Positions 43,144 to 51,646 of a DNA stretch of 64,000 nt are shown piece by piece. Position numbers and translations under genes: made by a program. Each line of letters opens with the position of its first letter. Position 1 is the stretch's first letter. The stretch is from contig OZ241993.1 of assembly GCA_965204575.1 (NCBI GenBank), positions 1,408,001 to 1,472,000 of the forward strand, read 5' to 3'. The notes beneath the pieces were generated by a model that ran no database searches, had not been told where the DNA came from, and saw only the letters and a program-made list of their open reading frames with translations. Origin of the DNA: an uncultured candidatus Porisulfidus sp. (lineage in GTDB: Bacteria; Pseudomonadota; Gammaproteobacteria; Poriferisulfidales; Poriferisulfidaceae).

Positions 43144-44703
43144 GTGGCCGCGGACATCCATTCCGAACGGATCCTGGTACTGGATTTCGGCTCGCAATAC
43201 GTACAACTGATCGCGCGCCGGGTGCGCGAGGCGGGCTGCTATTGCGAAATCTACGCCTGCGATGCGCCCGAGGAACAGATTCGGGGCTTTGACCCCCGTG
43301 GCGTGATTCTCTCGGGCGGCCCCGAGACCACAACTGAAGACGCCCACCCGCCGGTGCCGGACGCGGTGCTCGACCTCGACGTTCCAGTGCTCGGCATTTG
43401 CTACGGTATGCAGGCGCTGGCTCGCCGCTACGGCGCCGAGGTGCATGCCGGGAAGCGCAGGGAATTCGGCTTGGCGACATTGCGCCGCAATGGAGCGAAC
43501 TCCTTGATGGAAGCGCTTGGCGAAAACTCGGAGGCCGAGGTATGGATGTCGCATGGGGACCACGTGGAGACGGTCCCTGAAGGATTCCGAGTGACGGCAT
43601 CCACCGAGAGCGTGCCCATCGCGGCACTGGAACATGAGTCGCGTCCCTGGTTCGGGCTGCAGTTCCATCCGGAGGTCACTCACACCCCGGGGGGGCAACA
43701 GCTGATCGAAAGTTTCGTGCGGCAATATTGTGGCTGCCATGGGTTGTGGGAGCCCGAGGCCATCATCGAGGACCGCATCGCGACGGTGCGCGCGCAGGTG
43801 GGAAAGGATGGAGTAGTTCTTGCTTTGTCCGGAGGCGTCGATTCGTCGGTCGTGGCGGCGCTGCTGGCCCGGGCCATTGGCGAGCAGTTGACCTGCATCT
43901 TCGTGGACAACGGCCTGCTTCGCGCAGGGGAGGCGGTGCAGGTTCGCGAGACTTTTGCCGAGCATCTGGGCGTTCAGATGATCCAGGTCGATGCCCGGGA
44001 TCGATTTCTCTCCGCCTTGGCCGGGGTGACGGATCCGGAAGACAAGCGGAAGATCATTGGGCGTGAATTCATCCACGTATTCCAGGAGCAGGCGGAGCAG
44101 TTACCGAACGTGCGCTGGCTGGCCCAGGGAACGATCTATCCGGATGTGATCGAATCGGCTGCAGCCGCTACCGGCAAGGCACATCTGATCAAGTCGCACC
44201 ACAACGTCGGCGGCCTGCCGGAAACCCTGCACCTCCAGTTGGTCGAGCCGCTGCGTGAACTGTTCAAGGACGAAGTCCGCCGGGTCGGGCGGACATTGGG
44301 CCTGCCGCAGGAACTGATCGGTCGCCACCCGTTTCCGGGACCGGGGCTGGGAGTCCGCGTGCTGGGCGAAGTCCGTGCCGAATACCTCGAGTTGGCGCGC
44401 GAGGCGGACCGGATCTTCATCGAGGAGCTGCGTGCCTGGGATCTATACGACCAGGTGGCGCAGGCGTTCGTGGTGTTCCTGCCGGTTCGATCGGTGGGCG
44501 TGATGGGTGATGGACGGCGCTACGACTACGTGGTGACCCTGCGTGCGGTAGAGACACAGGATTTCATGACTGCACGATGGGCACGTCTGCCGGACGAGTT
44601 CCTCGACCGCTGCGCGCGGCGCATCATTAACGAGATTGATGGCATTGCCCGGGTGTGCTATGACATCTCCGGCAAGCCGCCCGCAACCGTGGAGTGGGAG
44701 TGA
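43144..44703 (+). CDS. guaA: GMP synthase
   Basis: [27 protein letters not shown] motifs. Confidence 0.97.
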   Translation: MAADIHSERILVLDFGSQYVQLIARRVREAGCYCEIYACDAPEEQIRGFDPRGVILSGGPETTTEDAHPPVPDAVLDLDVPVLGICYGMQALARRYGAEVHAGKRREFGLATLRRNGANSLMEALGENSEAEVWMSHGDHVETVPEGFRVTASTESVPIAALEHESRPWFGLQFHPEVTHTPGGQQLIESFVRQYCGCHGLWEPEAIIEDRIATVRAQVGKDGVVLALSGGVDSSVVAALLARAIGEQLTCIFVDNGLLRAGEAVQVRETFAEHLGVQMIQVDARDRFLSALAGVTDPEDKRKIIGREFIHVFQEQAEQLPNVRWLAQGTIYPDVIESAAAATGKAHLIKSHHNVGGLPETLHLQLVEPLRELFKDEVRRVGRTLGLPQELIGRHPFPGPGLGVRVLGEVRAEYLELAREADRIFIEELRAWDLYDQVAQAFVVFLPVRSVGVMGDGRRYDYVVTLRAVETQDFMTARWARLPDEFLDRCARRIINEIDGIARVCYDISGKPPATVEWE

Positions 44704-45161
44704 CAGCGGCAGATGCATTCGACGAGGCGATGATGCGTCAGGCCTTGGGTCTGGCGGAGCAGGCGGCGAACGCCGAGGAAGTGCCGGTCGGTGCAGTCGT
44801 GACACTGGAGGGCACGGTGGTGGGCACCGGCCGCAATTGCAGCATCGAACGAAACGATCCCAGCGCGCATGCCGAGGTCGTCGCATTGCGCGAGGCCTGC
44901 CTGAAGGTCGGCAATTACCGCCTGCCGGGCGCCACCCTGTACGTCACGCTCGAGCCTTGCCTGATGTGCGTGGGCGCGACAGTCGCGGCGCGCGTGGCGC
45001 GCGTGGTCTTCGGCGCCGCGGATCCGAAAACGGGTTGTCTCGGCGGCGCGTACGATGTGCGTGAGCTGAATTTCCTGAATCATCGCTTCGCCGTGACTTC
45101 GGGCGTGTGCGCGACGGAAAGCGGAGCTTTGCTCCAGAAATTTTTCCAAGCACGCCGGTGA
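44700..45161 (+). CDS. tadA: tRNA adenosine deaminase
   Basis: [17 protein letters not shown] motifs. Confidence 0.93.
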   Translation: MTAADAFDEAMMRQALGLAEQAANAEEVPVGAVVTLEGTVVGTGRNCSIERNDPSAHAEVVALREACLKVGNYRLPGATLYVTLEPCLMCVGATVAARVARVVFGAADPKTGCLGGAYDVRELNFLNHRFAVTSGVCATESGALLQKFFQARR

Positions 45162-45258
45162 AGATACGCAAACCATCCGGCTCGGCGTGCGGAGCCTATA
45201 CCAAGAATTAGGAGGCTCTTCGAGGTTTCGTGTGGAATCCGTGCTAGAGTAAATCATC

Positions 45259-46665
45259 ATGCACCGAGCCTCCCGCTATCGTCTGTATCCGAACCAGACG
45301 CAGGAGCGGCAGTTCGCGCAGTTGTGCGGGGCCGGGCGGTTCGTCCACAACGAGTTGCTGGCCGACCAGATTCGGGAATACAAGCGTTTCGAGGCCGGCG
45401 AGAGAGACAGGCCGGGGGTTTCGCAGTTTGATTTTGGCCCTCGGTTCACGCGGCTGAGGGCGAAGGAAGGCAACGAGTGGTTGCGGGAACTGTCGTTTCC
45501 CATTGTCCGCAGTTCGGGCGCATTTCCCCTAGCGTCTGCATTCGCGCATTTCTCCCGGCGGATTCGGGAAGGCAAGTGCGGCAAGCAGGCCGGGTTTCCC
45601 CGTTTCAAGGTCAAGGGCGTCAGCCGGGAGTCGTTCACGATCCCATGCGACGTAAAGGTGAAGAAAAAGCGGTTTTGGGTGCCGAAGGTGGGTTGGATCC
45701 GGATGAACCGTAAGGCGCAGTCGCGCACGCGCGGGGCCGACCCCTGGGACGGCGGCGAGGCCAAGGTCGCGGTGGTGTACCGGGAGCTGGACAAGTGGTA
45801 CATATCGGTGTTGTGGGAGGTGGAAGACCCGGACTGGCGCTGGCACGGCGGGGTCTGCGGCATCGATCGCAACTCGGAGAACCTAGCGGGCGCTTGGTGC
45901 GGAGGGCGGAAGCTCATCGAGATTCCGTACGAGCGGATCGGGAAGTACGAGGCGCGGGCCCGGCACTACCAGTGGCGGGCGAGCCACCGGGAGCGGACCG
46001 AACTGAAGGATGCCGACGGGGTGCCAGTGCGAACGAAGTCCGGCCGACCGATCAAGGTGCCCTCGAACCGGCGCCGGCGGCTGCAGTTGCGCGCGGCGAA
46101 GGCGAAGCGCAAGGCGGCGGAGATCCGCAAGGACTTCAGCCATCAGTCCTCGGCGGACCTGGCGCGGAACTTCCAGCACATCGTGCTGGAGGATCTGGAC
46201 GTGCAGGCGATGCGGCGCTCGGCGCGGGGGGCGAAGGAAAAGCCCGGGAAAAACGTCAAGGCGAAGTCCGCGCTGAACCGGAAGATGGCGCAGTCCTCCT
46301 GCATGGGAATGGTGGATCGTTTTCTGAAGTACAAGGCAACGGACCTGATTCGGGTGCCGGCGCGGAACACCAGCCGGGCGTGCGCGGAATGCGGACACGT
46401 GGAGGCGGACAACCGAAAGGAGCAGGCGCACTTCAAGTGCCAGGCCTGCGGACACACGGACCATGCGGACATCAATGCCGCACGAAACATCCTGGACCTG
46501 GGATTGAACAGGCTCCTGACCGGAGGCGCTCCGGTGACGGGACGGGGAGGGGACAACGAAGCGGAGGCATTCTTCTATGAATGCCTAGTGGAGACCGCCG
46601 ATGATCCGTCAACGATGCAGTGGAACTACCGGGGCTCGCCCCCCGACTTCCACACAAAATCGTGA
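45259..46665 (+). CDS. tnpB: TnpB RNA-guided endonuclease
   Basis: YRLYPN N-terminus, GFPRFK, RuvC GIDRN / VLEDL / ADINAARNI, CAECG..CQACG zinc finger. Confidence 0.93.
   Translation: MHRASRYRLYPNQTQERQFAQLCGAGRFVHNELLADQIREYKRFEAGERDRPGVSQFDFGPRFTRLRAKEGNEWLRELSFPIVRSSGAFPLASAFAHFSRRIREGKCGKQAGFPRFKVKGVSRESFTIPCDVKVKKKRFWVPKVGWIRMNRKAQSRTRGADPWDGGEAKVAVVYRELDKWYISVLWEVEDPDWRWHGGVCGIDRNSENLAGAWCGGRKLIEIPYERIGKYEARARHYQWRASHRERTELKDADGVPVRTKSGRPIKVPSNRRRRLQLRAAKAKRKAAEIRKDFSHQSSADLARNFQHIVLEDLDVQAMRRSARGAKEKPGKNVKAKSALNRKMAQSSCMGMVDRFLKYKATDLIRVPARNTSRACAECGHVEADNRKEQAHFKCQACGHTDHADINAARNILDLGLNRLLTGGAPVTGRGGDNEAEAFFYECLVETADDPSTMQWNYRGSPPDFHTKS
46519..46642 (+). ncRNA. putative omega-RNA (scaffold plus guide) overlapping the tnpB 3' end, copy 1
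   Basis: hairpins 46519-46535 and 46565-46586; TGACGG/CCGTCA pairing; TCAA at 46609-46612; boundaries approximate. Confidence 0.55.
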
Positions 46666-46790
46666 AGCGCCAATTAGGTATAATGCGTCGGCACCCAATT
46701 GGCTATAATGCGCCATCGAGATTTTAGGGATATTCGCGGGGAGCAGATGAGCAAAATATCCGTCTCAAACTTTCGACAAGGCTGGAATTG

Positions 46791-48647
46791 ATGGATACAT
46801 TCCTCTCGCTATTACTGGAACGAGCAAAGAAAAATCCGGACGTCCCGGCTTTTCGGACCAAGCGGATGGGCATCTGGAATCCCACTTCTTGGTCGCAAGC
46901 TCGCGACCAGGTTTCTGTCTTGGCTCAAGCGCTGAGCCAAAGCGGAGTCGGGGCGGGAACGCCAGTCGGAATCTTCGGCCCCAACGCCACCGACTTCTAC
47001 TTGGGTTACCTCGCAGTCCACAGTCTGGGAGGGATCGCGGTGCCAATCGGCTCGAACACGTTTGGCGAGGAACTGAGACAACAGATTGACGGTGCCGATG
47101 TTGAGCACGTTTTTTCGTTTGAGCAGCAGCATGTGGACGCCTTGCTGGAATGCGGGCAGACCTGTGTAAAGAAGATTTTCTACATCAATGGGCGGGGCAT
47201 GGAGAACTACGCCCAGCCCGAGTTGATGGCGCTGTCGGACGCCACGGAAGGGATTGAGGCTTCGACCGCATTTCTGGAACAAATGGAAGAGCAACGGAAT
47301 CCGGAGGAAACCGCGACCATCCTGTTCACCTCCGGCACCGGCCGCTCGGAGCGTCCGGTGGAACTGTCACATGGCGCCCTGATCGCGACGGCCCGCAGCA
47401 TCGCGCGACGTGAGACGATCACCGAGAAGGATGAACTGCTGGCATACCTGCCACTGTCGGTCTCCAGCGATTTCCTGTTCTCCTTTTCGCTGGCCCTGAC
47501 GACCGGCTGTACCCTGAACTGCCCGGAGAGCGACGACACGGTGTTGGAGAACATGCAGGAAATCGGTCCGAGCATCCTGTTCGGCCCGTCCTACGTTTAC
47601 AAGTACATCTACACCCATGCTTCCAACCGGATCGAGAGCGCCCGGTCGTTCGACACCAAGATCTATAAGGCGGCCGTGCGCGCCGTCATGACGGTCGCCT
47701 CGCACCGGGCTGCGGACCAGAAGGGCTCCTTCACTGATTGGCTGCTCTTCATGTTTGCGCGCATCACCACGTTCAGCCCGTTTTGCAATATCTACGGCTT
47801 GAGTCGCTTGCGTCTGGCGCTGACCGGCGGCGACGCGATTGCACCGGACGTGTTCAATTTCTTCCGGGCGATTGGTGTCGACTTGCGTGAGACGTACGGC
47901 CAGGTCGAGGGTTGCGCTTGCGTGACCATGCAATCCTCCGAAGATTGGAATTCGGATTCGGTCGGCTTGCCGCTCGACGGCACGGAAGTGCGTATTGAAA
48001 ATGGCGAAATATGGTTCCGTGGGCCGGGGCAGATGAAGGGGATCTACAAGAATCCGGAGGCAACGGCTGACAGCATCAAGGACGGCTGGGTGCGAACTCA
48101 TGACGCCGGCCACCTGGATGACCAGGGGCGTCTGCACGTGCATGGACAGATCGCCCGTATGGGGACATTGAACGGTGGCGGTGCGTTTGCGCCGGACATG
48201 CTGGAAACCCGTCTGCGTTCGTTCGAATACATCAAGCAGGCCATCGTCATCGGAGACGGGCGGGACTACCCGGTCGCAGTGGTGACGGTTGACGGCACGA
48301 TCACCCGGACCTGGGCGGACCGCCGCAGCCTGCGCTACACGGGTTATGCCGACCTCTCGGCTCACGCCTCGGTGCAGGAGATGGTCCGCGAATATATCCA
48401 GAAAGTCAACGAAGACCTCGCCGAAGATCCAGAAACCTCGAGCATGCAATTCCGCCGCTTCGCCATCCTGAACCGCGAATTCATGGCCTCAGCCGGCGAG
48501 GTGACGCCAACCCGGAAATTGCGTTGCCATGAAGTGGAGGAGAAGCACCGGGGGTTGATCGACGCGCTGTACAGCGACGCGTTGGAGTACACTTATACGG
48601 ACCCGGTGGACGAGGAATCCTACACCGTACCTTTGGGGAACGTTTGA
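46791..48647 (+). CDS. long-chain acyl-CoA synthetase-like AMP-binding protein (degenerate motifs)
   Basis: FTSGT, YLPLS, YGQVE, GEVTPTRKL motifs; heads an ABC operon. Confidence 0.85.
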   Translation: MDTFLSLLLERAKKNPDVPAFRTKRMGIWNPTSWSQARDQVSVLAQALSQSGVGAGTPVGIFGPNATDFYLGYLAVHSLGGIAVPIGSNTFGEELRQQIDGADVEHVFSFEQQHVDALLECGQTCVKKIFYINGRGMENYAQPELMALSDATEGIEASTAFLEQMEEQRNPEETATILFTSGTGRSERPVELSHGALIATARSIARRETITEKDELLAYLPLSVSSDFLFSFSLALTTGCTLNCPESDDTVLENMQEIGPSILFGPSYVYKYIYTHASNRIESARSFDTKIYKAAVRAVMTVASHRAADQKGSFTDWLLFMFARITTFSPFCNIYGLSRLRLALTGGDAIAPDVFNFFRAIGVDLRETYGQVEGCACVTMQSSEDWNSDSVGLPLDGTEVRIENGEIWFRGPGQMKGIYKNPEATADSIKDGWVRTHDAGHLDDQGRLHVHGQIARMGTLNGGGAFAPDMLETRLRSFEYIKQAIVIGDGRDYPVAVVTVDGTITRTWADRRSLRYTGYADLSAHASVQEMVREYIQKVNEDLAEDPETSSMQFRRFAILNREFMASAGEVTPTRKLRCHEVEEKHRGLIDALYSDALEYTYTDPVDEESYTVPLGNV

Positions 48648-48648
48648 G

Positions 48649-49425
48649 ATGGCCGCTGGAAACCCGATCCTGCAAATTGACAACATCACTCTGGCGTTCG
48701 GCGGCGTGACCGCGCTGAACGGCATCAGTTTCGATGTGGCGGAGGGCGAGATCTGTGCCGTCATCGGACCCAACGGCGCCGGCAAGAGTTCCATGCTGAA
48801 CGTCATCAACGGGGTCTATGTCCCACAGGAAGGCCGAGTCGTCTTCAAGGGGCAGGACTGTACCAAGATGCGCCCGCGGCAGATCGCCCAGTTGGGCATG
48901 GCCCGGACGTTCCAGAACATCGGGCTTTTCCAGGGCATGACCGTGCTGGAGAACATCCTGACCGGCCGCTGCATGAAGATCCGCTCCACCTGGATCGAGC
49001 AGGGTCTGAACATTGGCCGGGCCCGCCGCGAAGAGGTGGAAAATCGCAAGGCGGTCGAGGAAGTCATCGAATTCCTGCACCTGCAGGGCATCCGCAAGAC
49101 ACCGGTCGGCAAGTTGCCGTACGGCCTGCAGAAGCGTGTCGAGCTGGCCCGGGCACTGGTAGCCGAACCGACCATGCTGCTGCAGGACGAGCCGATGACT
49201 GGCATGAACCTGGAAGAGAAGAAGGACATGTCTTGCTTCGCGCTTGAGATCAACCGCGAGTACGGGACCACCATCGTTCTGATCGAGCATGACATGAGCG
49301 TGGTGATGGACATTTCCGACCACGTGGTGGTGCTGGACTATGGCGCGAAAATCGGGGATGGCTCTCCGGACGAAGTCAAGAACAACCAAGATGTAATTGA
49401 TGCCTATCTGGGCGTGACGCACTGA
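48649..49425 (+). CDS. ABC transporter ATP-binding protein (LivG-like)
   Basis: GPNGAGKS, RTFQN, LPYG..KRVE motifs. Confidence 0.92.
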   Translation: MAAGNPILQIDNITLAFGGVTALNGISFDVAEGEICAVIGPNGAGKSSMLNVINGVYVPQEGRVVFKGQDCTKMRPRQIAQLGMARTFQNIGLFQGMTVLENILTGRCMKIRSTWIEQGLNIGRARREEVENRKAVEEVIEFLHLQGIRKTPVGKLPYGLQKRVELARALVAEPTMLLQDEPMTGMNLEEKKDMSCFALEINREYGTTIVLIEHDMSVVMDISDHVVVLDYGAKIGDGSPDEVKNNQDVIDAYLGVTH

Positions 49426-49436
49426 GGGAAACGAGC

Positions 49437-50378
49437 ATGGGTTTCGACTGGGTCTTTTTCACTGAGTTGATCGTCGGCGGATTGATGTCCGGCGTCATGT
49501 ACTCGTTGGTGGCGATCGGCTTCGTATTGATCTACAAGTCCTCCGGGATTTTCAATTTCGCGCAGGGCACCATGCTGCTGTTCGCGGCGCTGACTTTCGT
49601 CAAGCTAACCGAGGGCAGCGTGAATTTCTGGGTGGCACTGTCCGTCTCGACGGGCACCATGGTGGTGTTCGGGATTCTCGTGGAGCGATTCATGATGCGC
49701 CCGCTGGCCAACCAGTCGCTGCTGTCGCTGTTCATGGCAACGGTCGGTCTGGCGATCTTGATCGAAGGCTTGGCCCAATACATGTGGGACTCCGCAATCC
49801 ACGGCCTGCAGTTGGCCGACTTCCTGGACCTGGCGCTGCTGGATCCGGTCAACATGACGATTTTCGTCGTTGATTACATTGAATGGCTGGACATTCTGAT
49901 ATCCAAGTTCGACATCTTTGCCACGATCGTGGCGGGCACCATGATTTTGATCTTGGCCGTCTTCTTCCAGAAGACCCGGACCGGAATGTCGCTGCGCGCT
50001 GTCTCCGACGACCACTTGGCCGCCATGGCGGTGGGCATCCCATTGTCCCGGGTGTGGGCCTTGGTCTGGGCCGTGACCGGCATCATCGCACTGATCGCGG
50101 GCCTGCTGTGGGCTGAACGGGTCAGTGTGTCGTTCACGCTGGTGGAAGCGGTACTCAAGGCGTTGCCGGTGATTCTGATTGGCGGCCTGACTTCGATTCC
50201 CGGCGCTATCGTCGGCGGCCTGATCATCGGGGTTGGTGAAAAACTGGGCGAGATTTATCTGGGCGACTTGATAGGCGTGCAGGGCATTGAAACCTGGTTC
50301 TCTTATTTCATCGCGCTGGTCTTCCTACTGTTTAGGCCATCTGGATTGTTTGGCCTGAAAACCATCGAGCGAGTCTAG
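49437..50378 (+). CDS. ABC permease (LivH-like)
   Basis: Y.LVAIGF.LIYK...FNFAQG motif. Confidence 0.9.
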   Translation: MGFDWVFFTELIVGGLMSGVMYSLVAIGFVLIYKSSGIFNFAQGTMLLFAALTFVKLTEGSVNFWVALSVSTGTMVVFGILVERFMMRPLANQSLLSLFMATVGLAILIEGLAQYMWDSAIHGLQLADFLDLALLDPVNMTIFVVDYIEWLDILISKFDIFATIVAGTMILILAVFFQKTRTGMSLRAVSDDHLAAMAVGIPLSRVWALVWAVTGIIALIAGLLWAERVSVSFTLVEAVLKALPVILIGGLTSIPGAIVGGLIIGVGEKLGEIYLGDLIGVQGIETWFSYFIALVFLLFRPSGLFGLKTIERV

Positions 50379-50380
50379 CC

Positions 50381-51472
50381 ATGATTTATCGCGAAACCGG
50401 CACGTTCATTACCAGTTATATCGAGGATCGGAAGCTCTTTCCGATTCCTTTCGACAAATGGGCGATGGCCGTGTTCATGCTGTTCATGGTCTTCGTCGTG
50501 CCCTTTATCGCCAGCGACTATTGGCTGGCAGCCCACTTGATTCCGATCCTGGCCTACGGCACCGCCGCACTCGGCCTGAACCTTCTCACCGGCATGACCG
50601 GGCAGTTGTCGCTCGGCACGGCCGGCTTCATGTGCTTTGGCGCATTCTTCACATTCAACATCATGTTGCGCAGCCCGGAGTGGATGAATCTGCCACTGGC
50701 GATGATCCTGGCAGGTTCGGTGACCGGCGTGATCGGCATCATCTTCGGCCTGCCCAGCATCCGAATCAAAGGCTTCTACCTGCTGGTATCGACATTGGCG
50801 GCGCAGTACTTCGCGCTGTGGTTCTTCCGCTCCTATCCGTACTTCCTGAACTATGCGACTGCCACGGTCACCCTGCCGGACCATCACTTCAACTTGTTCG
50901 GGATCGGGGAGACCTTCAACGTGGACATGGCCAGCTTCGAGGCCAAGTACCTGCTGTCACTTGGCATTGTCACTGCGCTTGCGCTATTTGCCAAAAACCT
51001 GATGCGAAGTGCGACCGGACGGAACTTCATGGCGATCCGCGACATGGACATCGCGGCCAGCGTGATTGGCATCCCGGTGATACGCACCAAGATGCTGGCG
51101 TTCTTTGTCAGTTGTTTCTATTGCGGCGTGGGTGGGGCACTATTCTGCTATGCCTATCTGCAGGTGTTGGGAATCCGCACCTTCGAGATGAACCGCTCGT
51201 TCGAGATCCTGTTCATGGCGATCATCGGCGGGCTCGGCTCGATTGCGGGATCGTTCTACGGCACCGTCCTGGTGTACGAATTTCCGATCCTCTTTTCCTG
51301 GGCGGGCGACTACCTGTTCAAAGGGGCCTTTGATACCGCAGTGGTGGACAATGTCGCCAAGATCACGTATGGCATCCTGATTATCGCGTTGCTGATTCGC
51401 GAGCCGGGTGGACTGGCCGCATTGTGGGCAACGGCGAAGCAGAAATTGCGAACTTGGCCATTTCCGCACTGA
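50381..51472 (+). CDS. ABC permease (LivM-like)
   Basis: GLNLLTG.TGQLSLG and IIGGLGSI motifs. Confidence 0.9.
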   Translation: MIYRETGTFITSYIEDRKLFPIPFDKWAMAVFMLFMVFVVPFIASDYWLAAHLIPILAYGTAALGLNLLTGMTGQLSLGTAGFMCFGAFFTFNIMLRSPEWMNLPLAMILAGSVTGVIGIIFGLPSIRIKGFYLLVSTLAAQYFALWFFRSYPYFLNYATATVTLPDHHFNLFGIGETFNVDMASFEAKYLLSLGIVTALALFAKNLMRSATGRNFMAIRDMDIAASVIGIPVIRTKMLAFFVSCFYCGVGGALFCYAYLQVLGIRTFEMNRSFEILFMAIIGGLGSIAGSFYGTVLVYEFPILFSWAGDYLFKGAFDTAVVDNVAKITYGILIIALLIREPGGLAALWATAKQKLRTWPFPH

Positions 51473-51646
51473 CGTGCGCCGGGGCCGCAAAGACAAAATC
51501 TAACCTATTGATTTTCAAGAACTACTCCCAAATCTCTCTCAGAGCACTTGCTAAAAGGGAAGTTTGGGTGTACAAAGGGGCTTGCTGAAAAGCAGTTAAC
51601 TGCAAGCCATAACTAAAAAGCCTCTTATAGGAGGGCAAAAGAAATT

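Larger units (their letters stand above)
45214..46671 (+). mobile_element. non-autonomous TnpB-only element with ISL3-like TIRs (copy 1)
   Basis: 24-bp imperfect TIRs (45214-45237 / 46648-46671, 19/24 match); flanking AATTAGGA (45206-45213) / AATTAGGT (46672-46679). Confidence 0.85.

Noticed and set aside
45259-46665. Cas12f/CRISPR interpretation of the RuvC protein
   Set aside because: No repeat-spacer array or cas genes were seen next to either copy or elsewhere in the window.
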